Shown piece after piece: positions 41,208 to 50,928 of a stretch of 64,000 nt of DNA. Numbering within the stretch: position 1 is the first letter of the stretch; every line of letters begins with the position of its first letter. The notes under the pieces are model-generated. The model was not told where the DNA came from. It saw nothing but the letters and a program-made list of their open reading frames with translations, and searched no databases. Source of the DNA: an uncultured Bifidobacteriaceae bacterium (GTDB lineage: Bacteria; Verrucomicrobiota; Verrucomicrobiia; Limisphaerales; JADLHS01); assembly GCA_964458575.1 (NCBI GenBank), contig CAYWMD010000027.1, forward strand, positions 20,642 to 84,641. The letters are read 5' to 3'. A program made the translations under genes and the position numbers.

Positions 41208-44200
41208 ATGAAACAAATCTTCAGCTTCATCCTCACCGGTTTCTTCTGCATCGCCACGGTTCAGTCCGCCGAACCGCTCCGCGTCTTTATCCGCAGTGGG
41301 GCGAAGACCCACGGCCCCGGCCAGCATGACCATCCGCGCTTCCTGAAGGAATGGACCCAACTCCTCTCGGAACGCGGTCTCAAGGTGCAGGGCGGCAACG
41401 AATTTCCAACCGCCGCGCAACTCGAACAAACCGACGTTGTCATCATCCACTGCCAGGACGGCATGAAGATCGTTGGCGATGATCGTGTGGCTTTTGAAAA
41501 GTTCCTCGCGCGCGGCGGCGGCGTGGTGGTCATTCATGCCGGCGTGGTTGGTGGCGACCAGCACGCGTGGGCCAAAAAAATTCTCGGCGGCACCTGGCGC
41601 TGGTCGGCGCCCGACCTGCCCAAGGAGAAAGCCACCAAGTGGCTCGAAGGCGAAGTGGGTCTGTGCTGGATTGATACCGAGCACCCCATCAGCCGCGGGC
41701 TGTCGAACTGGGATTGGAAGGACGAAATCTATTACGACATGGACATCGCCTCCGACATCGGCGTCCTCGCCACCAGCTTCCACAACGTCCACATCATCGC
41801 GCCGCAAATCTGGACTTACGAAAAGACGCTCGAAGGCGCGCCCACGCCCTATCGCGCCTTTGTGAGCCTCGCCGGCCACGAATATGCGTCTTTCAACACG
41901 CCGAATTATCGCGTCGTGCTGCTGCGCGGCATCGCCTGGGCTGGCAAACGCGCCAGCGTGGATGAATTCTGCCAGCCGTCGGAACTTGCGTCGCTCCGTT
42001 ATCCACCCGGTGGCCCGCGCCCGGCAGTCGAGGCGATGAAAACCTTCCAGCTTCACCCGGAATTCAATCTCAGCCTGGTGGCCGACGAAAATGTCGCGGA
42101 GAAAATTATGTCGCTCGACTGGGATCCACAAGGTCGCCTGTGGGTTGTGGAGACGCCGGAGTATCCTGGCGGCCGGGAAATCAACCAGAACGATGCGCGC
42201 ATCTCGCCATGGCGCACGCGCGAGCCCGACAAATTTCCCACGGGCGGCAGCGAGCCCCGGAAAGCCCGTGATCGCGTTGCGATCCTCGAAGACACCAACG
42301 GCGACGGCGTGATGGACAAGCAGACGGTGTTCGCCGATGGCCTGGAACTTCCGACTTCGCTCGTGTTCTACCAGGACGGTGTGATTGTTTCGCAGGCGCC
42401 GCACACGCTCTGGATTCGTGACACGGACGGCGACGGCAAAGCCGACAAGACGGAGATACTTTTCACCGGCTGGGGCACGCGCGACACGCACGCGGTGACC
42501 AGCAATTTGCGCTGGGGACCGGACGGCTGGGTTTACGGGAGTGTCGGCTACAGCGCGGGGGACGTGACCTCCGGCGATGGCTCGAAAGTCTTCGGCAAAA
42601 TCACGGCCGGAATTTACCGTTTCCGCCCGGACGGCTCGGCGTTGGAGCAGGTGGCCGCCGGTTCCTGTAACACCTGGGGCTGCGAAATCGCTCCCGACAG
42701 CGAAATCTTTTTCAGCACCGCCACATGTGGCGAGCCGATGCTGCACGTCGTACTGCCGGAAAAAATCATCAGCCGCGCCGGCGTGCCCGGTGTGCGCTCG
42801 GCGAAGCCGATCATTTCCGAAAACAAGGTCTTCCCGGCGCGTTTCGAAAACCGCCAGCCGTATTTGCAAATTGACTGGGTTGGTGCATTCACCGCCGCGG
42901 CGGGCGCCACGATCTACAACGGCGGCGCATGGCCGGGCAGATGGGAAGGACCGCCCTGGGCATTTTTCGTTCACGAACCGACCGTGTGGCTCACCCATCA
43001 AGAGTTCGTCGGTCAGCAGGGCGTGAGTTACCAGGGCAAAAAGGAGCCGGGCCGCGAGCAAAACCACTTCCTCGCCAGTACGGACTACTGGTTCAAGCCC
43101 ATTCACAGCCGCGTCGGTCCGGATGGCGCGCTTTACGAGGTCGATTTTTACAATCAAATCGCGGTGCACAATGACACACGCGGTCCACCCCACGGCGCGC
43201 GCAACGCCGCCACGCGGCCGGATCGGGATCACCATTTCACGCGGCTCTACCGCATCCAGCACAAGCAGCCACTGGCGCTCCCCGCGTTCGAGTTGAATCC
43301 CAAGAATCCCGCGCGCCTGGTCGAAATGCTCGACCACCCCAACGGCTGGGTGCGCGAGACGGCCAACCGCTTGTTGACCGAAGGCGCGGGAAGGTCGGTC
43401 ATCGAAAAGCTCCGCAATCAAGCCACCCAGGCCCGGACCGCTTACGGTCGGATACAGGCGCTTTGGGTAATGAGCAATCTCGGCGAGTTGGGGGAGGATG
43501 AACTCGCGTCCGCCATCCGCGATTCGAATGCCATGGTTCGCAAGAACGCGCTCCGCATCGCCGCCGAGCGCGACAACTCCGGCGCCCAGCCGGAAATGGA
43601 AATGGTCCGCGCCCTGTTGGCCGATGACGATCAACGGGTGCGCATTGCGGCTTTGGTCGCCGGCACGACCATCACGCCCAATGCGGAATTCGCCACGGCA
43701 CTCGTTGAAGCCTGGCCGACGTTTCAAAATCCGCACCTCGAAGCCGCAGCCCTCGCCATCACCGTCAGGAATCCGTTGCTTTTCGCCGGTGCCGCGCTGG
43801 ACGCAAGAAATCCGGCGCCGCTCGGCGGCTTCCTGTCGCAACTGGCCCGGCAGATTGCCAATCAACCGACGCCTGAAGCCGCCCGCCGATTCGTGCTCGC
43901 GCTGGCGGACAAGCCGGCGACGGCGGACGCGCTCAAGGCTGTCGCGTTGCAGGCGCTGACGGCCAACCTCAAGGGCGAAGGGAAACCCGCTCCGGACGAG
44001 GCGCTCGCCGGTGCGTTGAAAGTGCTGCTCGCGTCGGAACAAACCGCCGGGGCCGTCCTGCCGCTCATTGCCCGCTGGGGTTATCTTGATCAGGTGGGTG
44101 ACGCCGCCAGAACCGCCGTCACCAAGGCCGAGGCGCGGCTCGCGGACAAGTCGCTCTCCGACGACGAACGCGCGCAGGTCGCCGCCAATGTGCTCGGTGT

Positions 44201-46295
44201 GCGCGTGATTGATCCGGGAGTGGTGGCCGCCGTCGCTGGGCTGATTGCGAGCGACGCCAGCCCCGGGTTGCAGCGCCGCATCATGGAGGCGCTCGGCAAC
44301 ACCGGCGACCCGGCGGCTGGCCAGGCCCTGCTCGCGGCCCTGCCGAAGCTTGACCAGGATCTGCGCGAGGTAGCGTTCGGCCAGTTGCTCAAGCGCGCCG
44401 ATTGGTCCGGCGCAGTCGTTCAAGCTCTGGCCGACCACAAGCTTGATCCCGCGCTCCTCGGGCCGGGCAATCTTTTCCGGCTGCGCACCCACGCGGATGC
44501 AACCGTCGCCAAGCGCGCGGCGGAAGTGATTGCCGAGTTAAAAGGCCCGGAGCAAAAGGAAAAGGAAACCTTGATCGCCAGGTTGCGGCCGGAAGTCGTC
44601 AAACCCGGCAATGCGGCAAACGGGGCCAAGCTGTTCACGCAAAACTGCGCCGTCTGCCATAAGTTCAAGAACGAGGGCGCGGACTTCGCCCCCAACCTGA
44701 CCGGCATGGGCGCGCACGGGCCCGAAGATTTGCTCGTTCACATTCTTGATCCCAACCGCGTCGTCGAGCCGAACTTCATCTCCGTCAGCATCGAGACCAA
44801 GGACGATCTGAGCTGCGACGGGATTTTGCTGCGCGAAAACAACAATGTGGTCGTGATGCGCAATCAGAACGCCGAAACGGAAATCCGCAAGAATAACATC
44901 GCCTCGCGGCGCAGCACCGGACGGTCGCTGATGCCCGAAGGCTTCGAGCAACTTGGCGCGGAAGGTTTGCGCGACATCCTGACCCATCTCTGCGCCGATG
45001 AGCAACGGTACCGGATTCTAAACATGACCGACGCGTTCACCGCGGACACTTCGCGCGGCATTTACATGACACTAGAATCGCGCGACGAATCGCTGCGCTT
45101 CAAGAAGTGGGGAACGATGAAGCATCGCGACGTGCCATTCGATATCGTAAATCCGGCGCGAACGGCCACCGGGCGCAATGTGACCGTGCTGCAAGGCGGC
45201 GCCGGGATTGCGCGCAACTATCCGAAGGCGGTTGAAGTGCAGGTCGGGTTGCCGGCAACCAAGCTCCACTTCCTCGGCGGCGTGGCGGGTTGGGGCTTTC
45301 CGCTTGGCCGCTCCAACGAGCCCACCGCGAAGATCACGGTCAATTTCGCCGGCGGCGAAAAGGAGGAGTTCATCCTCCGCAACGGCGTTGAAATCGCCGA
45401 CTACATCGGCCGCTACGATGTGCCCGGGTCGGAAGCGCTGAGTAATCTCGACGATCTTCTGCATCAACGCCGGCAGCTACGTTACTTCGTGCGACCGCTG
45501 TCGAAACGCGGCGTGGTCGAATCGTTGACACTTTCCAGCTACGCCAACGAAGTCGCGCCGACCTTCGTCGCCATCACGGCCGAGGTGGGCAACGCCGCGT
45601 TGGCCTCCGGCCCGGCGGCGGCGACACCGGCTCCGGCGACGCACCATTGGCTGCCGGGCGTGAAGGTTCTCATCATCGGCGGCGGCGCGAGCCACGATTA
45701 TGATCGGTGGTTCAAGGATGCCGACATGAAAGCGCTAAACGCCTCCGGCGGCATCAGCGCGAATTACACGGAGCCGATCAGCGGTCTGGCCAACGTGATT
45801 GCTGGTGTGGACGTGCTCATCGTCAGCAACAACAAGCCGTTCGCCGACGACTCGACCCGGCAGGCCATTCTGCGCCATGTCGAGAGCGGCAAGGGACTCA
45901 TCGGCCTGCATCCCGGGCTTTGGTACAACTGGAAGGACTGGCCGGAATACAATCGCAATCTCATCGGCGGCGGCGCGCGTGGACACGACCGACTGGGTGA
46001 GTTCGAGGTGATCGTGACCAATCCCGGCCATCCCCTGATGCGCGGGGTGCCGCCAAAGTTTTCCATCCGGGACGAACTGTATTGGTTCGAGCCGGATGCG
46101 TCCGGCACGGCGATCAACGTGCTCGCCACCGCGCATTCGCCGTCGAAGAAAAAGGATTTCCCGCAAGTCTTCGTCGTGCGGCACCCGAAGGCCCGCGTCG
46201 TCGGCCTCACGCTCGGCCACGATGGCGACGCGCACAACCACGCGGCCTACGTGCAACTGCTGCGCAACGCGGTGCTTTGGACTGCGGGGAAGTAA
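41208..46295 (+). CDS. Giant (1695 aa) secreted ThuA-like / beta-propeller dehydrogenase-like / HEAT-repeat / cytochrome c / ThuA-like fusion protein
   Basis: Signal peptide MKQIFSFILTGFFCIATVQSA. N-terminal ThuA-like (VVVIHAGVVGG). Propeller region DWDPQGRLWVVETPEYPGG with many WG/DG blades. HEAT repeats (VRKNALRIAAE...). Haem site CAVCHKFKNEG. Second ThuA-like domain at the C-terminus (VLIIGGGASHDYD ... GLHPG). Confidence 0.8.
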   Translation: MKQIFSFILTGFFCIATVQSAEPLRVFIRSGAKTHGPGQHDHPRFLKEWTQLLSERGLKVQGGNEFPTAAQLEQTDVVIIHCQDGMKIVGDDRVAFEKFLARGGGVVVIHAGVVGGDQHAWAKKILGGTWRWSAPDLPKEKATKWLEGEVGLCWIDTEHPISRGLSNWDWKDEIYYDMDIASDIGVLATSFHNVHIIAPQIWTYEKTLEGAPTPYRAFVSLAGHEYASFNTPNYRVVLLRGIAWAGKRASVDEFCQPSELASLRYPPGGPRPAVEAMKTFQLHPEFNLSLVADENVAEKIMSLDWDPQGRLWVVETPEYPGGREINQNDARISPWRTREPDKFPTGGSEPRKARDRVAILEDTNGDGVMDKQTVFADGLELPTSLVFYQDGVIVSQAPHTLWIRDTDGDGKADKTEILFTGWGTRDTHAVTSNLRWGPDGWVYGSVGYSAGDVTSGDGSKVFGKITAGIYRFRPDGSALEQVAAGSCNTWGCEIAPDSEIFFSTATCGEPMLHVVLPEKIISRAGVPGVRSAKPIISENKVFPARFENRQPYLQIDWVGAFTAAAGATIYNGGAWPGRWEGPPWAFFVHEPTVWLTHQEFVGQQGVSYQGKKEPGREQNHFLASTDYWFKPIHSRVGPDGALYEVDFYNQIAVHNDTRGPPHGARNAATRPDRDHHFTRLYRIQHKQPLALPAFELNPKNPARLVEMLDHPNGWVRETANRLLTEGAGRSVIEKLRNQATQARTAYGRIQALWVMSNLGELGEDELASAIRDSNAMVRKNALRIAAERDNSGAQPEMEMVRALLADDDQRVRIAALVAGTTITPNAEFATALVEAWPTFQNPHLEAAALAITVRNPLLFAGAALDARNPAPLGGFLSQLARQIANQPTPEAARRFVLALADKPATADALKAVALQALTANLKGEGKPAPDEALAGALKVLLASEQTAGAVLPLIARWGYLDQVGDAARTAVTKAEARLADKSLSDDERAQVAANVLGVRVIDPGVVAAVAGLIASDASPGLQRRIMEALGNTGDPAAGQALLAALPKLDQDLREVAFGQLLKRADWSGAVVQALADHKLDPALLGPGNLFRLRTHADATVAKRAAEVIAELKGPEQKEKETLIARLRPEVVKPGNAANGAKLFTQNCAVCHKFKNEGADFAPNLTGMGAHGPEDLLVHILDPNRVVEPNFISVSIETKDDLSCDGILLRENNNVVVMRNQNAETEIRKNNIASRRSTGRSLMPEGFEQLGAEGLRDILTHLCADEQRYRILNMTDAFTADTSRGIYMTLESRDESLRFKKWGTMKHRDVPFDIVNPARTATGRNVTVLQGGAGIARNYPKAVEVQVGLPATKLHFLGGVAGWGFPLGRSNEPTAKITVNFAGGEKEEFILRNGVEIADYIGRYDVPGSEALSNLDDLLHQRRQLRYFVRPLSKRGVVESLTLSSYANEVAPTFVAITAEVGNAALASGPAAATPAPATHHWLPGVKVLIIGGGASHDYDRWFKDADMKALNASGGISANYTEPISGLANVIAGVDVLIVSNNKPFADDSTRQAILRHVESGKGLIGLHPGLWYNWKDWPEYNRNLIGGGARGHDRLGEFEVIVTNPGHPLMRGVPPKFSIRDELYWFEPDASGTAINVLATAHSPSKKKDFPQVFVVRHPKARVVGLTLGHDGDAHNHAAYVQLLRNAVLWTAGK

Positions 46296-46325
46296 GCAAC
46301 GCCAGCGACTCAACCGTGAAAAATC

Positions 46326-46485
46326 CCCTCACCCCAGCCCTCTCCCGTCCGACGGGAGAGGGAGAATTATCCACCGCTGGTTGGAGATTTCGTGAGTTGG
46401 CGATGGCAGCAAGGCCCTTTGAAGATTCAGTAACATCGGATCGCTGTTCCCTCTTCCATCGGATCGGAGAGGGTCAGGGTGAGGG
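46326..46485. repeat. MITE/RPE-like palindromic element, copy 2 (full length, intergenic)
   Basis: ccctcacccc-ag-ccctctccc/gtccgac/gggagaggg ... 86-bp internal segment ... ccctcttcc/atcggat/cggagaggg-tcagggtgaggg. Same architecture and length as copy 1, with a different internal sequence. Confidence 0.7.
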
Positions 46486-46503
46486 TTTTCCTGTATAACT
46501 CAC

Positions 46504-47763
46504 ATGCCCACCATCGCCATCCTCGGCACGATGGACACAAAAGGCGACGAACACGCCTTCGTGGCCGAACTCATCCGCCAACGCGGACACCAGGTTTTCG
46601 TCATTGACGTCGGCACGCTTGGCGAGCCGCGACTCCAACCGGCCATCTCGCGCACTGAAGTCGCGGCGGCAGCGGGAGTTGACCTCGCCGCCCTCGTGGC
46701 TAAGAAAGATCGGGGCGAAGCCGTCACCGCCATGTCACGCGGCGCACCGGTGGTGCTCGCAAAGCTGGTCGCGGAGAAACGGATTGACGGCGTGATTTCA
46801 CTCGGTGGCGGCGGTGGGACGGCCATCGCCACGGCAGCGATGCGCGCGTTGCCCGTGGGATTTCCCAAGCTCATGGTATCCACTCTCGCCAGCGGCAACG
46901 TCGCGCCGTACGTCGGTGTAAAGGACATCGTGATGTTTCCGAGTGTGGTGGACGTGGCGGGATTGAACCGTATTTCCCGGATGCTGCTTGCTCGCGCAGC
47001 GGGAGCGATTTGCGGCATGGTGGAAGTTGGAGTTCAAGCTTCAGTTTGCCCGGGGGAGACGCTGAAGCGTGAACTCCAACCGGACAAGCCCATCATCGTC
47101 GCCAGCCAGTTCGGCAACACCACGCCCTGCATCGAGCACACCAAGAAAATCCTCGAGGCCGCCGGTTATGAAGTCGTGGTCTTCGCCGCCACGGGCACGG
47201 GCGGACGCACGATGGAGTCGCTGATTGAAACCGGCCTCGTCGCCGGCGTGCTGGACGTGACCACGACCGAATGGGCGGATGAACTGGTGGACGGCGTGCT
47301 GACGGCCGGGCCGACGCGGCTCGAAGCCGCCGCGCGCCGCGGGGTGCCCGCAGTGGTTTCCACCGGCTGCCTCGACATGGTGAACTTCGGCGCTCCGGAT
47401 TCCGTGCCGGCAAAGTTCGCCGGTCGGAAGTTCTACCAGCACAATCCCCAGGTAACGCTCATGCGAACTACGGCGGAAGAATGCGCGCGGCTTGGCCGGA
47501 TTCTCGCGGAGAAACTGAATCTTTCGACCGGTCCGGTGACCGTGCTGTTGCCATTGCGTGGCGGCAGCGTGATCAGCGCACCGGGCGGGCCGTTCCATGA
47601 CGCGGCGGCGGACGCAACATTGTTCGCCGCACTGAAAGCGGGTTTGCGCGCGGACATTCCGGTGCGGGAACTGGATTGCAACATCAATGATGCCGCCTTC
47701 GCGCAAGCGTGTGCGCAAGCCTTGCTGGATCAGTTGGCGACTTCCGTGAACCGGAAACTGTAG
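46504..47763 (+). CDS. UPF0261-family protein (Tm-1-like N-terminal ATP-binding domain)
   Basis: MPTIAILGTMDTKGDEHAFVAELIRQRGHQVFVIDVG is the family's hallmark N-terminus. Size 419 aa. Confidence 0.7.
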   Translation: MPTIAILGTMDTKGDEHAFVAELIRQRGHQVFVIDVGTLGEPRLQPAISRTEVAAAAGVDLAALVAKKDRGEAVTAMSRGAPVVLAKLVAEKRIDGVISLGGGGGTAIATAAMRALPVGFPKLMVSTLASGNVAPYVGVKDIVMFPSVVDVAGLNRISRMLLARAAGAICGMVEVGVQASVCPGETLKRELQPDKPIIVASQFGNTTPCIEHTKKILEAAGYEVVVFAATGTGGRTMESLIETGLVAGVLDVTTTEWADELVDGVLTAGPTRLEAAARRGVPAVVSTGCLDMVNFGAPDSVPAKFAGRKFYQHNPQVTLMRTTAEECARLGRILAEKLNLSTGPVTVLLPLRGGSVISAPGGPFHDAAADATLFAALKAGLRADIPVRELDCNINDAAFAQACAQALLDQLATSVNRKL

Positions 47764-47817
47764 CGGCGGCCATCCCGGCTGACGTCGAGCCGGTTCTTCC
47801 ACCCCGGAGGCCCGACG

Positions 47818-50800
47818 CTACCTTTTTGGCGGCAACGCAAACGCCACATAGGCATCGCCGCGTTGTGCTTCCAGCTTGCTCCCGGTCGCGGGGATGACGA
47901 GGTATTGGCGGCCATCCACTTGATACGTCGCGGGTGGCGCGTTGCCGACCCACGGGAGTTTGGCGGACCAAAGCTCCGCGCCCGTGTCCTTGTCGAACGC
48001 GCGGATCTTGCGGTCGCGTGTTCCCGCGCAAAACACCAGGCCGCCCGCCGTCACGATCGCGCCGCCGTAGTTTTCCGTGCCGGTTTTCGGCACGCCCTGC
48101 GCGGTGAGTTCGGGATGCTCGCCGAGCGGAACTTTCCACAGGAGCTTGCCGGTGTTGAGATCGAGGCAATTGAGCGAGCCCCACGGCGGTTTGCTGGCGG
48201 GATAACCTTCCTGGTCGAAAAATCTCGGGTAACCCGCAAAACTGTAAACGGGCCGTTCCGTCTGCGCTTTCGGCGGCAGCGACCGGTCGCGCAACATCAG
48301 AAAATCCACGAGCGCCTGCAGATCGGGCTGGCCGATTTGCGCTTCCGGGAAAGCGGGCATGGCGTATTTGCCAGTGCGGATTTGATTCGTCACGGCCTGA
48401 TCGGTGAGGCGATGGCGCAATCCCCGCAGCGCCGGGGCGGTGCCGATGCCGAGCCGGTTCATGCCGTGGCAGGTGGCACAGGCGGTTTCAAAAACGATCT
48501 GCCCGCGCGTTTTCGGCGCGTTCGGATCGTCCGGCGGATCGTCGTCGCGGAAAATCGTGATGAGCCAGCCAATGTGATTGGCGCTGACGTAAAGCCGGCC
48601 TGATTCCGGGTCAACGCACGAGCCGGTCCATTCGCCGCCGCCGTCAATGTTGAAGAACAAATTCGCGCGGCCTTCGCTGCCGGGACGGAACCAGCCCTTG
48701 GTGGCGCTGTTGAAACGGGTCAGCGCGAATTCGGCGGCCTCTTCGGTGCGGTCGGTGAGGTCCGCTTGGGTGAACTCCTGTTTCGAGAAGCGCTCGGGCA
48801 ACTCCAGATCTGGTTGGTAGGGCGACGTGACTTCGCCGCGCAGATCGCTCGTGGGCGCGCGGCGCAGGCGGAAGGGAAAAATGGGCTTGCCCGTCACGCG
48901 ATCGAGCAAGAGCGTGTTGCCGATCTTCGTCACGACGGCGACCACGTCCACGCGTTTGCCGTCGCGCGTGATCGTGGCGAGGTTCGGCGGCGCGGGGATG
49001 TCGAGGTCCCAAATGTCGTGGCGGATTTCCTGAAAGTGCCAGAGCCGCTGGCCGGTGCGGGCGTCAATGGCGATGAGACAATTCGCGAACAGGTTGTTAC
49101 CGAGGTGATTGACGCCGATGAAATTGTTCTTCGGTGACCCGGTCGAGACGTAGGCGATGCCGCGTTGCTCGTCCATGGCCATGCCGCTCCAGCAATTGGC
49201 GCCGTAGACTTCAGTCCGATCCCAGGTATCGTAGCCGAATTCGCCCGGTTGCGGTACGGTGTGAAAGGTCCAAAGGTGCTTGCCGGTCGTGACATCGAAG
49301 CCCCAAACATCCTTTTCAAAGCCCGGCACGACGATGACGCGTTGAAAGATTGCCGGGCAGGCCGTTGCCGCGCCAAAGTCTCCCTGCACCCGCCCGGGCA
49401 GTGCGGTTTTTCCGCCCTCACCAAAACCAGCAATGGGCTGGCCGCTTTTCGGATTGAGCGCGTAAAGATATTGGCCCGCGCAAAACATCACCCGCTCGCT
49501 CGCATGACGGTCACGCGGCCGGTAAATCAAACCGCGAAATGCCGGGCGTCCTTCCGGTTTGAAACGCCAACGCTCAGTGCCGGTTGCCGCATCCACGGCC
49601 AAGATGTGCTGCCCGGGTGTCGGCGCGAACAGGACGCCCTCGACGATGATGGGGTTGCATTGAATGTAATTGCTGCCATCGCGCGAGTGGTAGGTCCACG
49701 CGACCTGGAGGTTGGTGACATTTTGGCGATTGATCTGGTCGAGCGCGGAGTAGCGTGTCCCGCCGTTGTCGCCGTGGGAACGATGCCACGACTGATAGGT
49801 CTTGCGTTTGGGGTAACCGTTGGCGCGCGTGAGTTCCTCCGGCTTCGCGGCGGGAATGGTTTGGTAAAGGGGCAGTTTCTCGCGCGCCTTCGGGTCTTCG
49901 ACGGCCCAATAGCGGTTGGTCGCAAGTGTGACATTGGTCCAATTCTCCTCACCCAGGCTGACGGCCACCCTCTCCCCATCGGATGGGGAGAGGGGAGGGT
50001 GAGGGGGAGTATTCGCGCGTTGACGGGATAACTGGCCGGCCAAACGCTCCAGCCCCTGCAAATTGGCCTGCAACCGCGTTTCCGCGTCCTCGTCCGTGTG
50101 GCTCAAAATTCCAATCGGCCCGCGCCAGCCGCTCGCCACGATCATTTGCAGCAGGCTCAAATCCAGATCGCCCTGACCAATCGGCAGAATCTTCCTCCCG
50201 CTCTTGTCACCGTCACGGACCATGCCGTTGAGATTCAGCGCGAACAGGTGGGGTTTCATTTTCGCCAACAACCCGGCGAAGCGGTCAACGTGACCGTGGC
50301 CGTGGTGCAGATTGTAAACGATGCCAACATTGGTGACTCTTTGATCACGGAGTCGGGCAATGATCTCGAGCTGATTCTCCGGCTCGCCGAACCACCCGCC
50401 GTGATTGTAAAGCGCAACGGTGCAATGGAGTTCCGCGGCGGCGTCGGTAATGGGTTTGATCCGTGCCGCCTCAGCCGCAACCCGGGCCGTTTGTTCATCC
50501 GGGCTCTTCGTGGGTTCGCCGCCGCCCGAGATCCATAGTTGAACCCCGCGCAATTTGTGCCGCTGGAGCACATCCAGAATCAACCGGGCCTCATTGTTCA
50601 ACGTTCCCGGAAACCACCAGGCCAGCAGGCGGACGTTGTGGCGCTTGAGCGCGTCCATTTCGGCGTCGAAGGTCGGAACATGCTCGGCGCGATAATCGTA
50701 GGCAAAGAGTTGGAAGCCGAGCTTCTCCAGCATTGCCGCACGCTCCTCCGGCCCGCGCTTCTTGGCATCGAACGGGACAATACACCAGGCGACCAGATTG

Positions 50801-50922
50801 GTGCGGGCAAACAGACCAGCGTCACGGGTTGAACCGGCAGCCGTGTCGAGGGCAAACACCCGGAAGGCCGAGAACGCCAGCTCGGCAGAGACCCAGATGA
50901 CCAGCCACAGTCCCTTGCGCAT
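47818..50922 (-). CDS. Fusion ORF of a xylose-isomerase-like TIM-barrel domain with a PQQ-dependent dehydrogenase beta-propeller and a C-terminal cytochrome c
   Basis: N-terminal about 300 aa sugar-phosphate isomerase/epimerase-like (HGGWFGEPENQLE ... NLHHGHGH). Then the solo repeat-encoded PPHPPLSPSDGERV. Then a PQQ propeller (AWTYHSRDG, repeated W-motifs, DIWDLDIPAPP). Then CATCHG haem site. Its start is 6 bp after the dnaE stop. It may be one fusion gene or two adjacent genes. Confidence 0.7.
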   Translation of the reverse strand: MRKGLWLVIWVSAELAFSAFRVFALDTAAGSTRDAGLFARTNLVAWCIVPFDAKKRGPEERAAMLEKLGFQLFAYDYRAEHVPTFDAEMDALKRHNVRLLAWWFPGTLNNEARLILDVLQRHKLRGVQLWISGGGEPTKSPDEQTARVAAEAARIKPITDAAAELHCTVALYNHGGWFGEPENQLEIIARLRDQRVTNVGIVYNLHHGHGHVDRFAGLLAKMKPHLFALNLNGMVRDGDKSGRKILPIGQGDLDLSLLQMIVASGWRGPIGILSHTDEDAETRLQANLQGLERLAGQLSRQRANTPPHPPLSPSDGERVAVSLGEENWTNVTLATNRYWAVEDPKAREKLPLYQTIPAAKPEELTRANGYPKRKTYQSWHRSHGDNGGTRYSALDQINRQNVTNLQVAWTYHSRDGSNYIQCNPIIVEGVLFAPTPGQHILAVDAATGTERWRFKPEGRPAFRGLIYRPRDRHASERVMFCAGQYLYALNPKSGQPIAGFGEGGKTALPGRVQGDFGAATACPAIFQRVIVVPGFEKDVWGFDVTTGKHLWTFHTVPQPGEFGYDTWDRTEVYGANCWSGMAMDEQRGIAYVSTGSPKNNFIGVNHLGNNLFANCLIAIDARTGQRLWHFQEIRHDIWDLDIPAPPNLATITRDGKRVDVVAVVTKIGNTLLLDRVTGKPIFPFRLRRAPTSDLRGEVTSPYQPDLELPERFSKQEFTQADLTDRTEEAAEFALTRFNSATKGWFRPGSEGRANLFFNIDGGGEWTGSCVDPESGRLYVSANHIGWLITIFRDDDPPDDPNAPKTRGQIVFETACATCHGMNRLGIGTAPALRGLRHRLTDQAVTNQIRTGKYAMPAFPEAQIGQPDLQALVDFLMLRDRSLPPKAQTERPVYSFAGYPRFFDQEGYPASKPPWGSLNCLDLNTGKLLWKVPLGEHPELTAQGVPKTGTENYGGAIVTAGGLVFCAGTRDRKIRAFDKDTGAELWSAKLPWVGNAPPATYQVDGRQYLVIPATGSKLEAQRGDAYVAFALPPKR
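49964..50008. repeat. Solo right-end hairpin of the MITE/RPE-like family, in-frame at the domain junction of the fusion ORF
   Basis: ccctctcccc/atcggat/ggggagaggg-gagggtgaggg. Confidence 0.6.
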
Positions 50923-50928
50923 CGTTGA

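Noticed and set aside
41037-44492. 1151-aa minus-strand ORF antisense to the 1695-aa ThuA/propeller/cytochrome gene
   Set aside because: It is a high-GC antisense artefact. The plus strand has a signal peptide, CxxCH and conserved domain blocks.
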